Assembly: GCF_036321535.1 (NCBI RefSeq)
Contig: NC_087437.1
Span: 16,804,001 to 16,868,000 of the forward strand
DNA from: Camelus dromedarius
Taxonomy: Eukaryota
Reading direction: 5' to 3'
DNA: 64,000 nucleotides
Shown here: positions 52,219-64,000 of the stretch, one piece after another
Layout: every line of letters begins with the position of its first letter
Numbering within the stretch: position 1 is the first letter of the stretch
Translations under genes and position numbers: made by a program
The notes under the pieces: generated by a model
The model's database searches: none
Told to the model about the DNA's origin: nothing
What the model saw: only the letters and a program-made list of their open reading frames with translations

Positions 52219-52944
52219 TAATTTGGTGCAGCCATATGGAAAATATGGAGATTCCTCAAAAAACTAAAACTAGACTTATCATATGATCCAGCAATCCCAC
52301 TCCTGGGCATATATCCAAAGGGAACTCTAATTCAAAAAGACACATGCACCCAATGTTCATAGCAGTACTATATACAATGGCCAAGACATGGAAGCAACTT
52401 AAATATCCATCAACAGATGACAAGTTAAAGAAGCTGTGGTATATTTATAAAATGGAATACTACTCAGCCATTAAAAATAAAATAATGCCATTTGCAGCAA
52501 CGTGGATGGACCGAGAGACTGTCATTCTAAGTGAAGTAAGCCAGATTGTGAACGACAAATAACATATATCACTTACATGTGGAATCTAAAAAAAGAAAAA
52601 ATGAAGGACACAAACTCATCTACAAAACAGAAACAGACTTGCAGACACAGTAAACAATCTTATAATTACCAGGGAAAAGAGAGTGGGAAGGGATAAATTT
52701 GGGAGTTTGAGATTTGCAAATGTTAGCCACTATATATAAAAACAAATGTAAAAAAAGCAAAAAAAAAAAAGCTCTATATAGCACAGGGAACTATACTCAG
52801 TATCTTGTAATAACCTTTAATGAACAAGAATATGAAAATGAATGTATGTATGTATACGCATGACTGGGACATTGTGCTATACGCCAGAAACTGATTCATT
52901 TCAACTGATTAAACTTCAATTAAAAAATTAAATTAAATTAAATA
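52219..52944 (+). mobile_element. 5'-truncated L1 3' end with 12-bp TSD
   Basis: MFIAVLYTMAKTWKQLKYPS...IMPFAATWMD; TSD AGGAAGTGTATC (52207-52218) / AGGAAGTGTGTC (52945-52956). Confidence 0.9.
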
Positions 52945-55900
52945 AGGAAGTGTGTCACTAATAGACTGTACTATAAAAACTGGACAGTATTTGGGGAGAG
53001 ATTTAATTTGCTGTAGCTTAGATTATGTTCCATACAGTTTCACTGTCCTGTATGAAGATTTGCTCAAAACACACATCTTCAGACCTTAAAAATTAATAGT
53101 TCATGACAAAAGTTTCTCATTAGATTGCCTTGAATCTGTAATGTACCACAGGAATTTCGTGCCTTCACATAATTCAGGTTGTCTTGTAACTAAATGAATT
53201 TGCTATTATGTACCCTGTTTAAACAATATTAAATGATGCTATATTGACCCTAAAAATACTGAAGACTAAATTTCATTTTTCACTTCTCACTTTAATAAAA
53301 GTTACTAATTCCTTATTTATTTTCCCTCTCCTTAACTTTCCCATCCCCAAGTCAGCCAATTATAATTTGAGACTAAGACTCAGTTTTAGATTACCACAAC
53401 AGTAATTCTGGAAATTTCTGGGAATACGTAACTGCTGGTAAGTAATTTACTAAGATATGAAATACCAGTTTTTAATGCTCTTAATTTTGTGAAAAATTTT
53501 ATTATAGTTTCACAGACAAAAATCTGAAAGTAGAATAACCTCCATATACCTATTACCCAGATTCAATAATTATCTAGATAATGCCTCATTTGCTTCATCT
53601 ACCCGTCTTTTAAGTATTTCAAAGCAAATCTCAGCAAACTACACCTCCATATACATCAGTATAAATTACTGCAAAGCACATTTTCTTAGGTAATTGCAAT
53701 GCCGTTGTCACACCTAATGAAATCAATTATTTAAATAAATTTTAAACCAGATTTAGATTTCACTTAAAAAAAACTTTAAAGCCCCATTTTAATTTTACCA
53801 TCAAAAAAACATTTTCAAGTTATACTTCTCTCAATAAACATGCTTTTTAACCATAAAATGTTCCTTCTGTTAAACAGACTTAACATAAGATCATTCAAAT
53901 CATCATAGTATTAATATACCAAAGCTAGCACTAAAGACTGGTTGCCAAGCACTTTATCTTTATCCCTGAGAAGAATCACTGCCAGCATCAAGGCTTACAA
54001 AGCAGCCTAAGTTTGAGATAGAAACCTACAGCACCAGAATACATAGCCAAACTATAACTAGATCTCTAATCACTTGCCCCTTCCTCCACAGAAGGGACAG
54101 GCACAACTCCTTAGCAAAGGCAAACAACAAAGTCATCATTAGTCTTGGCAAACTCTTCTAAATACATAACTGATCCCAAGTTTGAACAAAGTAACTGGTA
54201 ATTCATTCACTTCAAAATACTATTGGTAAAGGTGGACCACACTGTAAATATTATACTAGCACCCAGACTACCAAGTAAATTATGTCTTTACCACTTCTGA
54301 AACAAGATCTTTTGATTCTCTTTCTTAACACTGATATATTTAACCCCACTAATAATCTGACCAGATGACTGGGGGAAATTAAGCTTAGGGGATTCAGAGA
54401 GAGGACACAAGAAAAAATAAAACTGATAATGACTAATATGCTTAGCAGAATTTGTTACTGTCTAAAAAATGATCCAGTGAACACAGGACCTGGCAATAAT
54501 AATGATCATAAAATGCAATGGCAAAAAGCTATAAAAGGTTAAAATTTGATAGGGACAAATTAGATGTGAACAACAACAAAGAGACTAAAAAATCAAACCC
54601 TCATTCTAAAGTTTACATGGAAAAGAAATGATCCCAATGAAAATAATTTCAGTAAAACAAAAACTCATAAAAATGGAAAATGGTTTTAAGGAGTTAAATT
54701 ATCGCAATGGCTTAATTTTGGCATTTGATAAAAAAGTGTCATATAATTCTAACTCAAATGCCATATGCACAAAAAGAGCCTTTATCAGAATCAAAGTATT
54801 CTGTATTTACCACCACCCCTTCTCCAGAATTCTTTCTCCTGGCAATGTTTCTATTACAGCAACAAGGAATGCCTAATCAAAAACCTCAGATAACACAAGT
54901 AATTTTATAAAAGCCTTATTTGTTGTTGATGAGATGACACTTGAGGATCAGGGAAAATTAGCCAAAACTCATATAAAAACCATCCTGAAATGCCACTATC
55001 AGAAAACAAAAAATGCATACACGCAGGCAGTGGTTATTGATCAAACCCATCGTACCATTCCTCTAAGAAGCATTCTTGGAAACTAGAATATTAAACAGTC
55101 AAGGAATTCACAAGATTCAACTACATCTTGTAATAACTAAATATATAGTATATAGAGAAAAGTATTTGGAAAGGGAAAAAAGAAATCAGTATAGACCCCA
55201 ACAGCTGTAAAATATGTTATCCCACAGAAGACAGAAAACAGTTTTCTGCTTCTGCTGATAATGCAAGCAATGTGAAACAGAAGAGATTTCATAAAAGATA
55301 CATTTCTATATACTAACTCAATAAAATATTCTTTCCGTCACAGTTTAAATATGCTTCCCAACAAATGGACCCCCATCAAAACCAACTGGAAAATAAAAAG
55401 CTACCAGACACTCATATTAAAGCTCTAAAGCAAAAGAGGGGAAAGAATAAAAGTGACAAATTTTGCTTGCTAAAATGTAATAATTATACTCAATGAGATT
55501 TTCTTAAAATCATTACTAAAGTAAAGAAACAAAACCAAATTCTTAAATAGGAAGTTTTTTTAGGCTCACTTATGTTACTTATTCTAAAGCTGATTTTCTC
55601 AGCAATCACTACGGAATAGGTAATGTACTTTTTAATCAGTCATTTCTTTTCAAATGGCCCAGATAACTGTATTGACCACCTAAGTACACCTATGGTCAGA
55701 CAGAAAGAAATACATAAAAAGAGGAGGCGGGGGAAAGCAAAAAGCATTTTGTTGCCAGCCAAATCACACTGCTCTGAAACTCTTGGATCCAAGACAGGAT
55801 GGTAACTGAAGCAATGACAAAACATTTGACTGACAAGACACTTGGGTCTTGGAAAAGCACTCTTCAAATGTTGCAGACATAAAATCTTCAAATACTTTGT

Positions 55901-56469
55901 TCAGAAATGCAGTCTTGGATTCTGCTAGGCAAATCATTCCTGCACTATAAGAGCAAGACTTTTTTAATAGACTCAAAATAATTGAATTTGTTTCAAATAT
56001 ACTTCATGTTTCCATTCTCTCCAGTACAATCAAAAAAGAGAAGAATCTTCTCCACATTTTAAATTTGCTCAAGAAAAGTCAATAAAAACATGTGAGCCTG
56101 ATCTCAAAAGGTAGTGGTGGTGGAAGGGGCTTTAATCTACAAAAGGTAATAAAAATGAGACAGCAGAAACACTAGCAATGAATGATGGGAGGGGAGAGGC
56201 CAATTAAATGCCAAGATCTTTGTTCAAAATGTTTGAGAAGGCATTTCCCTTTTTGTTCCATCCTAAAACATGTTCTAATAATAAATTTCTTCCTGCATGT
56301 TTACACTATACAAATTAACCATTTTCTTTCATTATATTATGTGACTATTTTCAACATTTACCTGAATATTTCTCATCAACACGAAAAACTGGTAGATGCT
56401 AAGTCCTTTAAAGTTTAAAAAAGTTCAAAAATCTGTTACAAATCAAAAGAAATTTTAAAGTTCATCAGC

Positions 56470-56851
56470 ATTGGAAGTCACTCAAACTTTTGGGAGAGAG
56501 GTTAGTGTGCTGAAAGTTTATCAGACAAGGAAGGAAGGGGCAGAAAAACAAGTTAGGCTGGGATATAGCACAGCAAAGGCCTCACATGACCCCACAGGGA
56601 GCTCTGAAGCTGGGATGGCTCTTAAGGTTGCCCTATGGTGGGGCAAGGGAGCCAGGTCTTTAATGGACTAGTCTTTGGATGCAGGCTACTCCAAGGAAGG
56701 GGATGTGAGCTTGGGTGAATGGCTCTCTTTAGCCAAGGGCAATTTCCACCCAGGGAGGTCTGACAACCCCAGCCAACATTCCCAGTAAGAAAATGAAGTC
56801 CTTCAGTCCTGAAGTGGGGATTTGGATAATACATACATGACATCCACTATA
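56470..56851 (-). mobile_element. Ancient ERVL-class solo LTR (LTR40-like)
   Basis: cccacagggagctctgaagctgggatggctct...gtccttcagtcctgaagtgggga...catccacta; subfamily name from memory. Confidence 0.55.
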
Positions 56852-57299
56852 CTCAGTAATTCTGTAACTGTCCAAATCTGATCAATTTTGAATTTTAAAA
56901 AATGATAATGTGCCTTTAAAAGTGACTTTAAGCTATAAAGTGACCAGATCTAAGTTCTTTCTAGCTCTAAAATTTGATGACACTAAGATTTTATGGCAAA
57001 GATCTAAAGTATATCAAGTCTAACATTTGAATATTATTAATTGGTGAAGTGATAGGTATATTAGAGTTCTATTTTGTATGTTGATATTTCCTATACAAAT
57101 TACAAAATAAAATCAAATTAAAGTTTGTATATTTCCACTTCCTATTTCTTCATGATTTCAAACTTAACAGCTTCACATATTTAAATATTCTTCCTTTCTT
57201 TACCTCCTATCCTGCCCACACTCACTGCCCCAACACACACGCACTAGTATTTTTCTTTTTCCCTCCAAGATAGATCTTTCTCCCTCCACCACTCTGAAC

Positions 57300-58945
57300 A
57301 CCTATCCTCCCCTCCCTCTCCAGTTACCTTTATTCACATCCTCTCTCATTTGTACCTTCAGCCTTTCTTCCCTACAGCAATTTTTCCTCCAGTTACTCAT
57401 ACGCTGAAGTATTTCGCTAGAATCAATCTTCAAACGGAAGGCAAAAATTGCTAGTCCCAAACCAACAGACATTTCTGGGTTGTTCATTCTTCCTTGAAAT
57501 GCTCTCCTCCCTCACTTCTCCTCTATCTCCTTTGCATTCTCTTTCCGTTCCCTCTTTAATTTCAGTATTCCCCATATTTCCGTACTATAATCTATCCTTC
57601 TTACTCCATTCCAGTATTCCATAGTAATCTTTACTGGGTCACAGACCCCTCTGAAAATCTGATGATATGTACATATATACACAGACACAGACTGTTGCAC
57701 AGAATCTCACAGGAATCATAACCTTCCTCCTTTTGAAGAGACATGACACTACCATGTTAAAAACTGCTCTACAATGTCCTTCCAGAGTGATTTGCCCATT
57801 AAACGGGCATAATTACCATTTACATAAACTGGTGACTTCCCAATCTTTACTTCCAATTTAAATCTTTCTCTCCTGACCCATATATCTTAACTGCCTACTG
57901 TGAATCTCTTCTTTGATAACCCACAGACATGCTCAATATATGGAAACATGAGCTTATCTCCCCTAAACCCCTACCTAAAAACCTATTCTTCCTCCTGCTT
58001 CCTTTATTCTGTTGGATGCTTGATACTATCAATCACCCAGAAATCAAACCAGATACCTTGATACCAGCCAGACTCCTCTTCACCAGCATTCCATATCCAG
58101 TCTCCGGAGTCTCACTGTACACAGCTTCTAAGTCTGCCAATTCCACTTTTATTCCCATGACTACTGCCTAAGATGAAACCTCATTTCTCATCCTGAATAC
58201 TGCAACAGTTTTCTGTTTTATCTTTCTATCTCAACTTCACCTGCTGCCATCAATCAGTCCATCTTCCACACTACCACCAAGTAATCTTTCTAAAACACAA
58301 GCCTGATGATCTATCTTTCTTTTCAAATCTCTTCATAAATGTACAACTAAAAACTGAGGAAGGAAGGGAGGGAGGAAGGAAAGGAAGGAAAGGAAGGAAG
58401 GGAAGGAAGGGAAGGAAAGGAAGGAAGGGAAGGAAGGGAAGGAAGGGAAGGAAGGGAAGGAAACAAAACGAAAATTGTAACTCACCAAAACCTTTAAGCA
58501 GGCTTTACAATCCAAAGTCTTCAGAATGACATATAAGGCTTTTCAGAATCTAACCCCCATCCACCATCCACCTGAAATTTTGTACCACTAAGCTTTCTCC
58601 AAAAACTCCATACTCACTGGCCATTCTAAAACAAGCAACACTTGTTTACTCATTCCTCTGTGATTTTTTCTTCCTAGAATGTTCTTCCTTCCTTGCATGG
58701 TAAACCATTTATTCTTTAAGAATCAATTCAAATATAACCTCTAAAAGGAAGCCTTCCTTAATTCCCAACCCTCCATTTGTTCAAAAAGCACTTTGCACAT
58801 TCTCCTATTAGAGCACTTATCACATTATATTGTCACCATTCACTGGGTCTCACTTACTCAAGGCCAGAAACTTATTTATCTCTGTATCTTTAAACCAGTG
58901 TTGGCAAGTAAGCCGGGACCTAATAAATGTACAATGAATGAATCA
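57300..58945 (+). mobile_element. L2 relic with 3' end, interrupted
   Basis: Pyrimidine-rich L2 body, aactgcctactgtgaatctc, terminal ...cctaataaatgtacaatgaatgaat. Confidence 0.7.
58356..58463 (+). repeat. 108-bp pure purine tandem repeat with 9-nt period (GGAAGGRAA)
   Basis: Only A and G from 58356 to 58463. Confidence 0.95.
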
Positions 58946-59533
58946 TAAAAAGCACGATAGAGCTGGGAGTAACCTTGGAAATCAACTTGTTCCATGGCTT
59001 CATTTTAACCAAGATGGACTTTCCTAGGATTACACAGCTGATTACTGGTAATGAGAAATAAAAGCTTAGTCTACTGAATCCCAACCTAGTCCCTACTTCT
59101 GCTATGAAGTCCATGGCATCCCCTGAGACAATTTTAGCTCCTCACTTATCAAAAAGAATGACCACTGAAACTCAGCCATAACAGAATCCACAAGTAACCA
59201 CAAGATGTAAAACCTTTTGGGGGAAGGAGAAACAGGAGCGGATACTGACAATAAAGAATAGTGAGTGGGGCAGGAAGAGTGAAACAAAGGGGAGAATGGA
59301 TGATCAACAATAGCTTTGTGAGGATCAGGAAATCTTTACTGCATAGAAACTGGAGCTATGAATCCTGCCTGGATTCTTTATACAACCTCAATTTTTAAAG
59401 TTAATCTTAAATGTTTTAAGTGAACATATATGCTATAAAGCATTGTAATATCTTCTCAAAAAACCTCACTCTAAGAATTCACATTATCAGAAATCTTAAC
59501 TAAAGATTGTGTGTATATATTAAATGTGTATTT

Positions 59534-59555
59534 ATATATATATATATATATATAT
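59534..59555. repeat. (TA)n microsatellite
   Basis: About 11 TA units. Confidence 0.9.
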
Positions 59556-61814
59556 GAAGTGTTACGTATAAAATAAGTAAATATGCACATATTAAACTCA
59601 CATGATTAGGATAAACTGGTTTTCATAATGTCACTTTAGATAGTATTATTCATCCTGTAAGAGTGAGACTTTTTTTCCTGGAGTAGCACTAAATTTATGC
59701 TGTTCAACCCCAATATATACATACACCTTATTCTTGTGGTATAAGAACTGTATTTAATCAGTCATATCCATTCAACCTAGATCCAATCTCCAACAGTAAT
59801 ATCAAGGCACGTATACATCAAGACTGTGAATATACTTCTACTGATGTCAAAAGTCTGACATAGGGCCTGATTAATAATCCTTCCATAATTCAACCCACTG
59901 ATCTAAATATACCCATTTTCCACCTTTCCTAAATGAAAAATTAATTGTTTAGGCTATCTTTACTTAAGAAAACATTTCTCTTTCCTCAATCGCTTACGCA
60001 AATAACTTCTATGGCCCAGCTATATGCCAAGAACCGCGCATTTAACAAGGGGTACTTGGACCTTTTCACATCATTGAATTACAGCATCAAAATTACACCC
60101 CAAAATTAAAGATGTAAAAGTATGTTTTAAAACAATAGCTAGTAAAAGAACTCCTAGATACATACACATATGGGAATAATCTCAATTCAGCTAAGAACAA
60201 AAATGACAATACCATAAAAAGAACTTATGTATCACTTAGCAAATGGGCACAGACGAATTAACTGTTTTGGACCATTTAAACTGTTCTTTTTAAAGCTTGT
60301 ATTTAGTTTTGCAAAACCTGTGCCCAATATAGTTTTTCACAGACATATGTTGAAGTCTAAACCTCTTAAAATCTTTTCATTAGGCAACATTCATGAGTTT
60401 GAGTGCTACTATAAATAATAATGAGCTCAAGTCAAAGGGAAATGAATTTGAGATTAGAGAATCCTAAGAAGACAGCACCATTTTCCTTTTGGCAGGGCTT
60501 CCTAACCCAGGTCTGTTTTTCTTCTTTGGATTTTCAACTGAGCAGCACTTAAGAGTATGTTCCTTTAAACTTCCTCACAAGTTTATTTTAGTAGTAAGCC
60601 AAAAAGCAAATACATGCCTTAAAAAAATCAACAGGTCCAAATGACAAAGTTTCAAGGAAATTATTAGTTCTCAAATTAAATATTCAAGGAGTTATGCCCT
60701 AGAACCACCATTAGCCCCTGATCATCTGGATTACACAGATCTGTAAACTTATCTTTAAATTATCTAGCACAAATAATTTTGCCATATGACAGAAATATAT
60801 GCATTTTAATTAAAAATGAGGGAACAATAATAGATATGCACTGGCTATTGAAAATGGTGATACAGAGTGGTATATTTTGACCAACCGACCAAGTCATTAT
60901 TTTAAAGTTCATTACATCACTTTAAGTAACAGAGCACTACTATACTGAAAGACAAGTGATAGCTAAACATATATCCCAGCGGAGTCCAGGACGGGTGAAA
61001 AAAAAGACACAAAATCTTTGTTTCCAGTTTAAGAAAAGGATTAATCAAAATCTACTGTTAAATACTGCAGTTTTTAAAGTATGACTGTTACTCAAGCCAA
61101 ACTGTTTATTGAACATCTGAATGGTTAAACATCAGAGTTTCTTTAACTTTTATGTCTCTCACCAACCTAAAACTATAAAAAATACTTCCTAATACTCTTG
61201 GTAATGTCAGTAGTTTATACAAGATAAGCTTCACCAGTCAACTACCACTATTAACTAAAAAAACCACTCACCATAAACTAGTAAATGGATAATGTATAAA
61301 CCACTCAGACCCACAACATATTCATAAACTCAAGTCATGTCTCATTTCATACTCTAGAAAGAATTGAAAGAGAATGCCAGACATCATTTATCTTAATAAT
61401 TATGTAGGGAATACTTTTATAGAGTGTTTTGTGATTACACAGCACTTTTGTAATATTATTCTGTTATTTTCATATTTTAGCAAAGCCATGATGGTCTCTC
61501 ATTAAATTATTACCAATAAGATAATGCAGACTAGTCAATTAGGAACAATTAGTTGATTCATAACTGAACCAAACTTTGAGTGAATAAATCAACATAAAGG
61601 TAGAGCCAAATTTCCCAAACTGGTGTTCCACTGTATCGGAATAACTTAACAGGTTTGCTTTAATATCCTCTTGGAAAGTCAGGCCTTAAAACTGAATACT
61701 ACAGCTGTCAAGAAATTTGCTTAACACAGTATTCCTTAAATTTACTGGCACACATATTTTTTTAAAAGCACACCTATAAACCTTACATGAGGAGTAGTTA
61801 AAGACAGTACTATC

Positions 61815-61955
61815 CTCATCCAGGGATTAGTATTAGAATCATCTAAATGGCCTACTCCAGAACTGACTCAGTATCTGGAAATATTGCCCAGGAATGTGTA
61901 TTTTTAAAAAGCTTCCCAAGAAATTCTGATACACAGTCAGGATTACAGATACTTT
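61815..61955. mobile_element. MER5-like hAT relic
   Basis: attagaatcatct...cccaggaatgtgtatttttaaaaagcttcccaagaaattctgatacacag. Confidence 0.65.
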
Positions 61956-63087
61956 AACCTTTTTTGCTTTGATGTCATCTTTCACAGTAGTAAGAACTCA
62001 TAATTTTTTCTGATCATTTAAGTAAGAAATGTGATGAAATATTTTAAAAATTACTTAATCAGCATATATCAAAGATTATAATATAAAGTTCATTTTTATA
62101 AAGCATACAAAGACAAATTTTAACTGCACACTAATAAGGGCTACAGTTTAAGTTATGTAAGAAAATGCATTTTGGTATTGTATCTATTTTTAAATGACAT
62201 CTTGTTTGTAAAATCGTGAATATTAAAAACAAGGTACAATTGAATATATTATGTAAGGACAAAACTAAATGTGACTTAGTATTTGGAATTCTTCTATCTT
62301 TTACTGAAAAAAATTTAAACATTTTTGTGTTTTGTTACTAAATGATAAACTAAGGGTGGCTTTAGATTAGAATTTGCAAATACTTCAAATAACACACAGC
62401 AAGTGTAGTCTTTATTTTCTAGAAATATAAGGCCATACTCCACTTTATTTTCTCTTTTTAACACTGCCAATACCTTATTGCTATACAGGATATTAATAGA
62501 ACACAGACAACTTACAGAGAGAGATAATAATAATCACGAATCAAATAAATTTTGAATCAATTACTGGTTTTTATGCTCCTTATTACCTAGCATTTCAATA
62601 GCGACTTGATTTTCTTAACATTTCTTGTCCCTAACCAATGATCCATTGAATGGACATAGGAAGAACTGAAAGAACAAACTGAAACAATATGACTAAGTGT
62701 CAAGAAAATACATCACTAAATATTAAAACAATTTAAAACCCTCACTGGCAGATTTGGCAGAATGAATTAATTTGGAACACTATTTGGTCCAATATTCATT
62801 TGATATCTCACATCGCCTCATTTTAAAGGAAGAAAAATTGTTAAATTATTTTTTAAATAATGCAAACCTTTACTGCATAAACACTTTGGAACACCTTCTT
62901 GAATTAGATTCACTAACACTGATTTGGAGAAATTGTTCTATAAGTCTACAGTGGTGAGCTCCACTGATGTGTTAATAACCCACTCCAGCTCAATGCCGTA
63001 AGATCAAAACCTGACATGAAAACACTGAAGGCATCTTTCAATGCTCCCACAGCTTTTAAGAACAAATCTAAGTTCTTTAGTTGTTAT

Positions 63088-63250
63088 AGCACTGCCCATT
63101 AGAACTTTTATGCAATGATGGAGATGTTTTATGTCTGCAATGTCCAATAAGATAGCTATTACCCTTAAGATGTAGTTCAGTAAAACTAATGAACTGTATT
63201 TATAATTGTCACTACAGCTAGTGGCTGCTGTATAGGACGACAGCATAGGT
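63088..63250. mobile_element. MER3-like hAT relic
   Basis: gcactgcccattagaacttttatgcaatgatggagatgttttatgtctgcaatgtccaata...gctagtggctgctgtatagga. Confidence 0.7.
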
Positions 63251-63289
63251 TTAGAATTTAATCTGATTCTCCTTCCAGACAAAAATGGA

Positions 63290-64000
63290 ATAATCAAACA
63301 ACAAAAACTGGACAATAGTTTTCTGATATACTAGGCAACAGACACCACAGAACAGTGATCCCTCAGTGGAGGAACAAACAAGCTAAGCCCTATAACTGCC
63401 CGTTAACTGCCTGGAGATTAATTTTCAGGCCATAGCACAAGGGAGAACCAAGACAAAGTCCAGTGGCTCCCTGGGAAGCCAGGACAGCTGGACTTCTCAG
63501 GGCAGAGTACTGGTGATGAGAGAGCTACACAGAGAAAGAACACCGTTATTTATATAAGGTCCTTTTCAAATCTTCAGCTGAGTACTGACTGATTAGCACA
63601 TATATATAAGGAATTACCCCAGGATAGAGAAAGAACCCCCACAAAGAAGAAAAAAGAACAATCCCTGTAACTCAGGGGCAGCAGAACAATTTCTATTCCC
63701 ACCACCTAGAGTGAGAGTACTCACATTTCATGAGGCATCAGATAGAGTAGTCAAAAGGTTCTTGCCTCAGTAGTGCAAAAAAATTCACCCTTAAAGGCTG
63801 TACTGGTCCCACCTAACAGAAGCTTAAAAAGGAGCCTCAAAAGGATCAAACTATCTTCAAGTAACAATCTCATCCCAAACGCAAAACTCAAGAATATTCA
63901 TAGGACAAAAATACCCACACACAAGGTAAAATTTTACCAACAAGGCACAATTCACAGTATCTGGCATCCAATCAAAATTAACTAGGTATGCAAAAAAGCA
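63290..64000 (+). mobile_element. Old L1 5' region (continues past the window)
   Basis: acagtgatccctcagtggagg, ttcaaatcttcagctgagtactga, cacagtatctggcatccaatcaaaatta motifs typical of L1M 5'UTRs. Confidence 0.6.

Larger units (their letters stand above)
48025..64000 (-). other. MSL2: 3' part of the long MSL2 intron 1 (exon 1 lies beyond the window)
   Basis: The exon begins mid-RING in phase 1, and no sequence encoding the MSL2 N-terminus was seen in the window. Confidence 0.85.

Noticed and set aside
58356..58463. MSL recognition element / autoregulatory site
   Set aside because: GA-rich MREs are defined in Drosophila, and purine tracts are common in mammals; nothing in the sequence supports the link

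Overview
Mammalian genomic DNA; a tRNA-derived SINE and the L1 3' ends suggest a camelid, and no Alu, Bov-A/Bov-B, PRE1 or Can-SINE was seen. The window holds the 3' halves of two convergent genes. On +, the last seven coding exons of PPP2R3A (PP2A B'' PR72/PR130) run from 2328 to 40754, with a 3'UTR to about 43030. On -, the large final coding exon of MSL2 (48024-46433) has a 3'UTR to about 44125, and about 16 kb of MSL2 intron 1 follows. Introns are filled with L1, L2, MIR, LTR and DNA-transposon relics, including a full-length Tigger1. The most unusual structures are: a ~3.7 kb zero-spacer L1 fold-back centred on AATGGCCATT just upstream of a PPP2R3A exon; a 91-nt pre-miRNA-like hairpin; candidate unannotated MSL2 cassette exons (an in-frame 24-nt microexon in the RING finger and an 82-nt poison exon); a polyadenylated LTR-like retrocopy; and a U28/G-run module in the MSL2 3'UTR. 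No new protein-coding system was found. Repeat subfamily names are from memory and most repeat boundaries are approximate.
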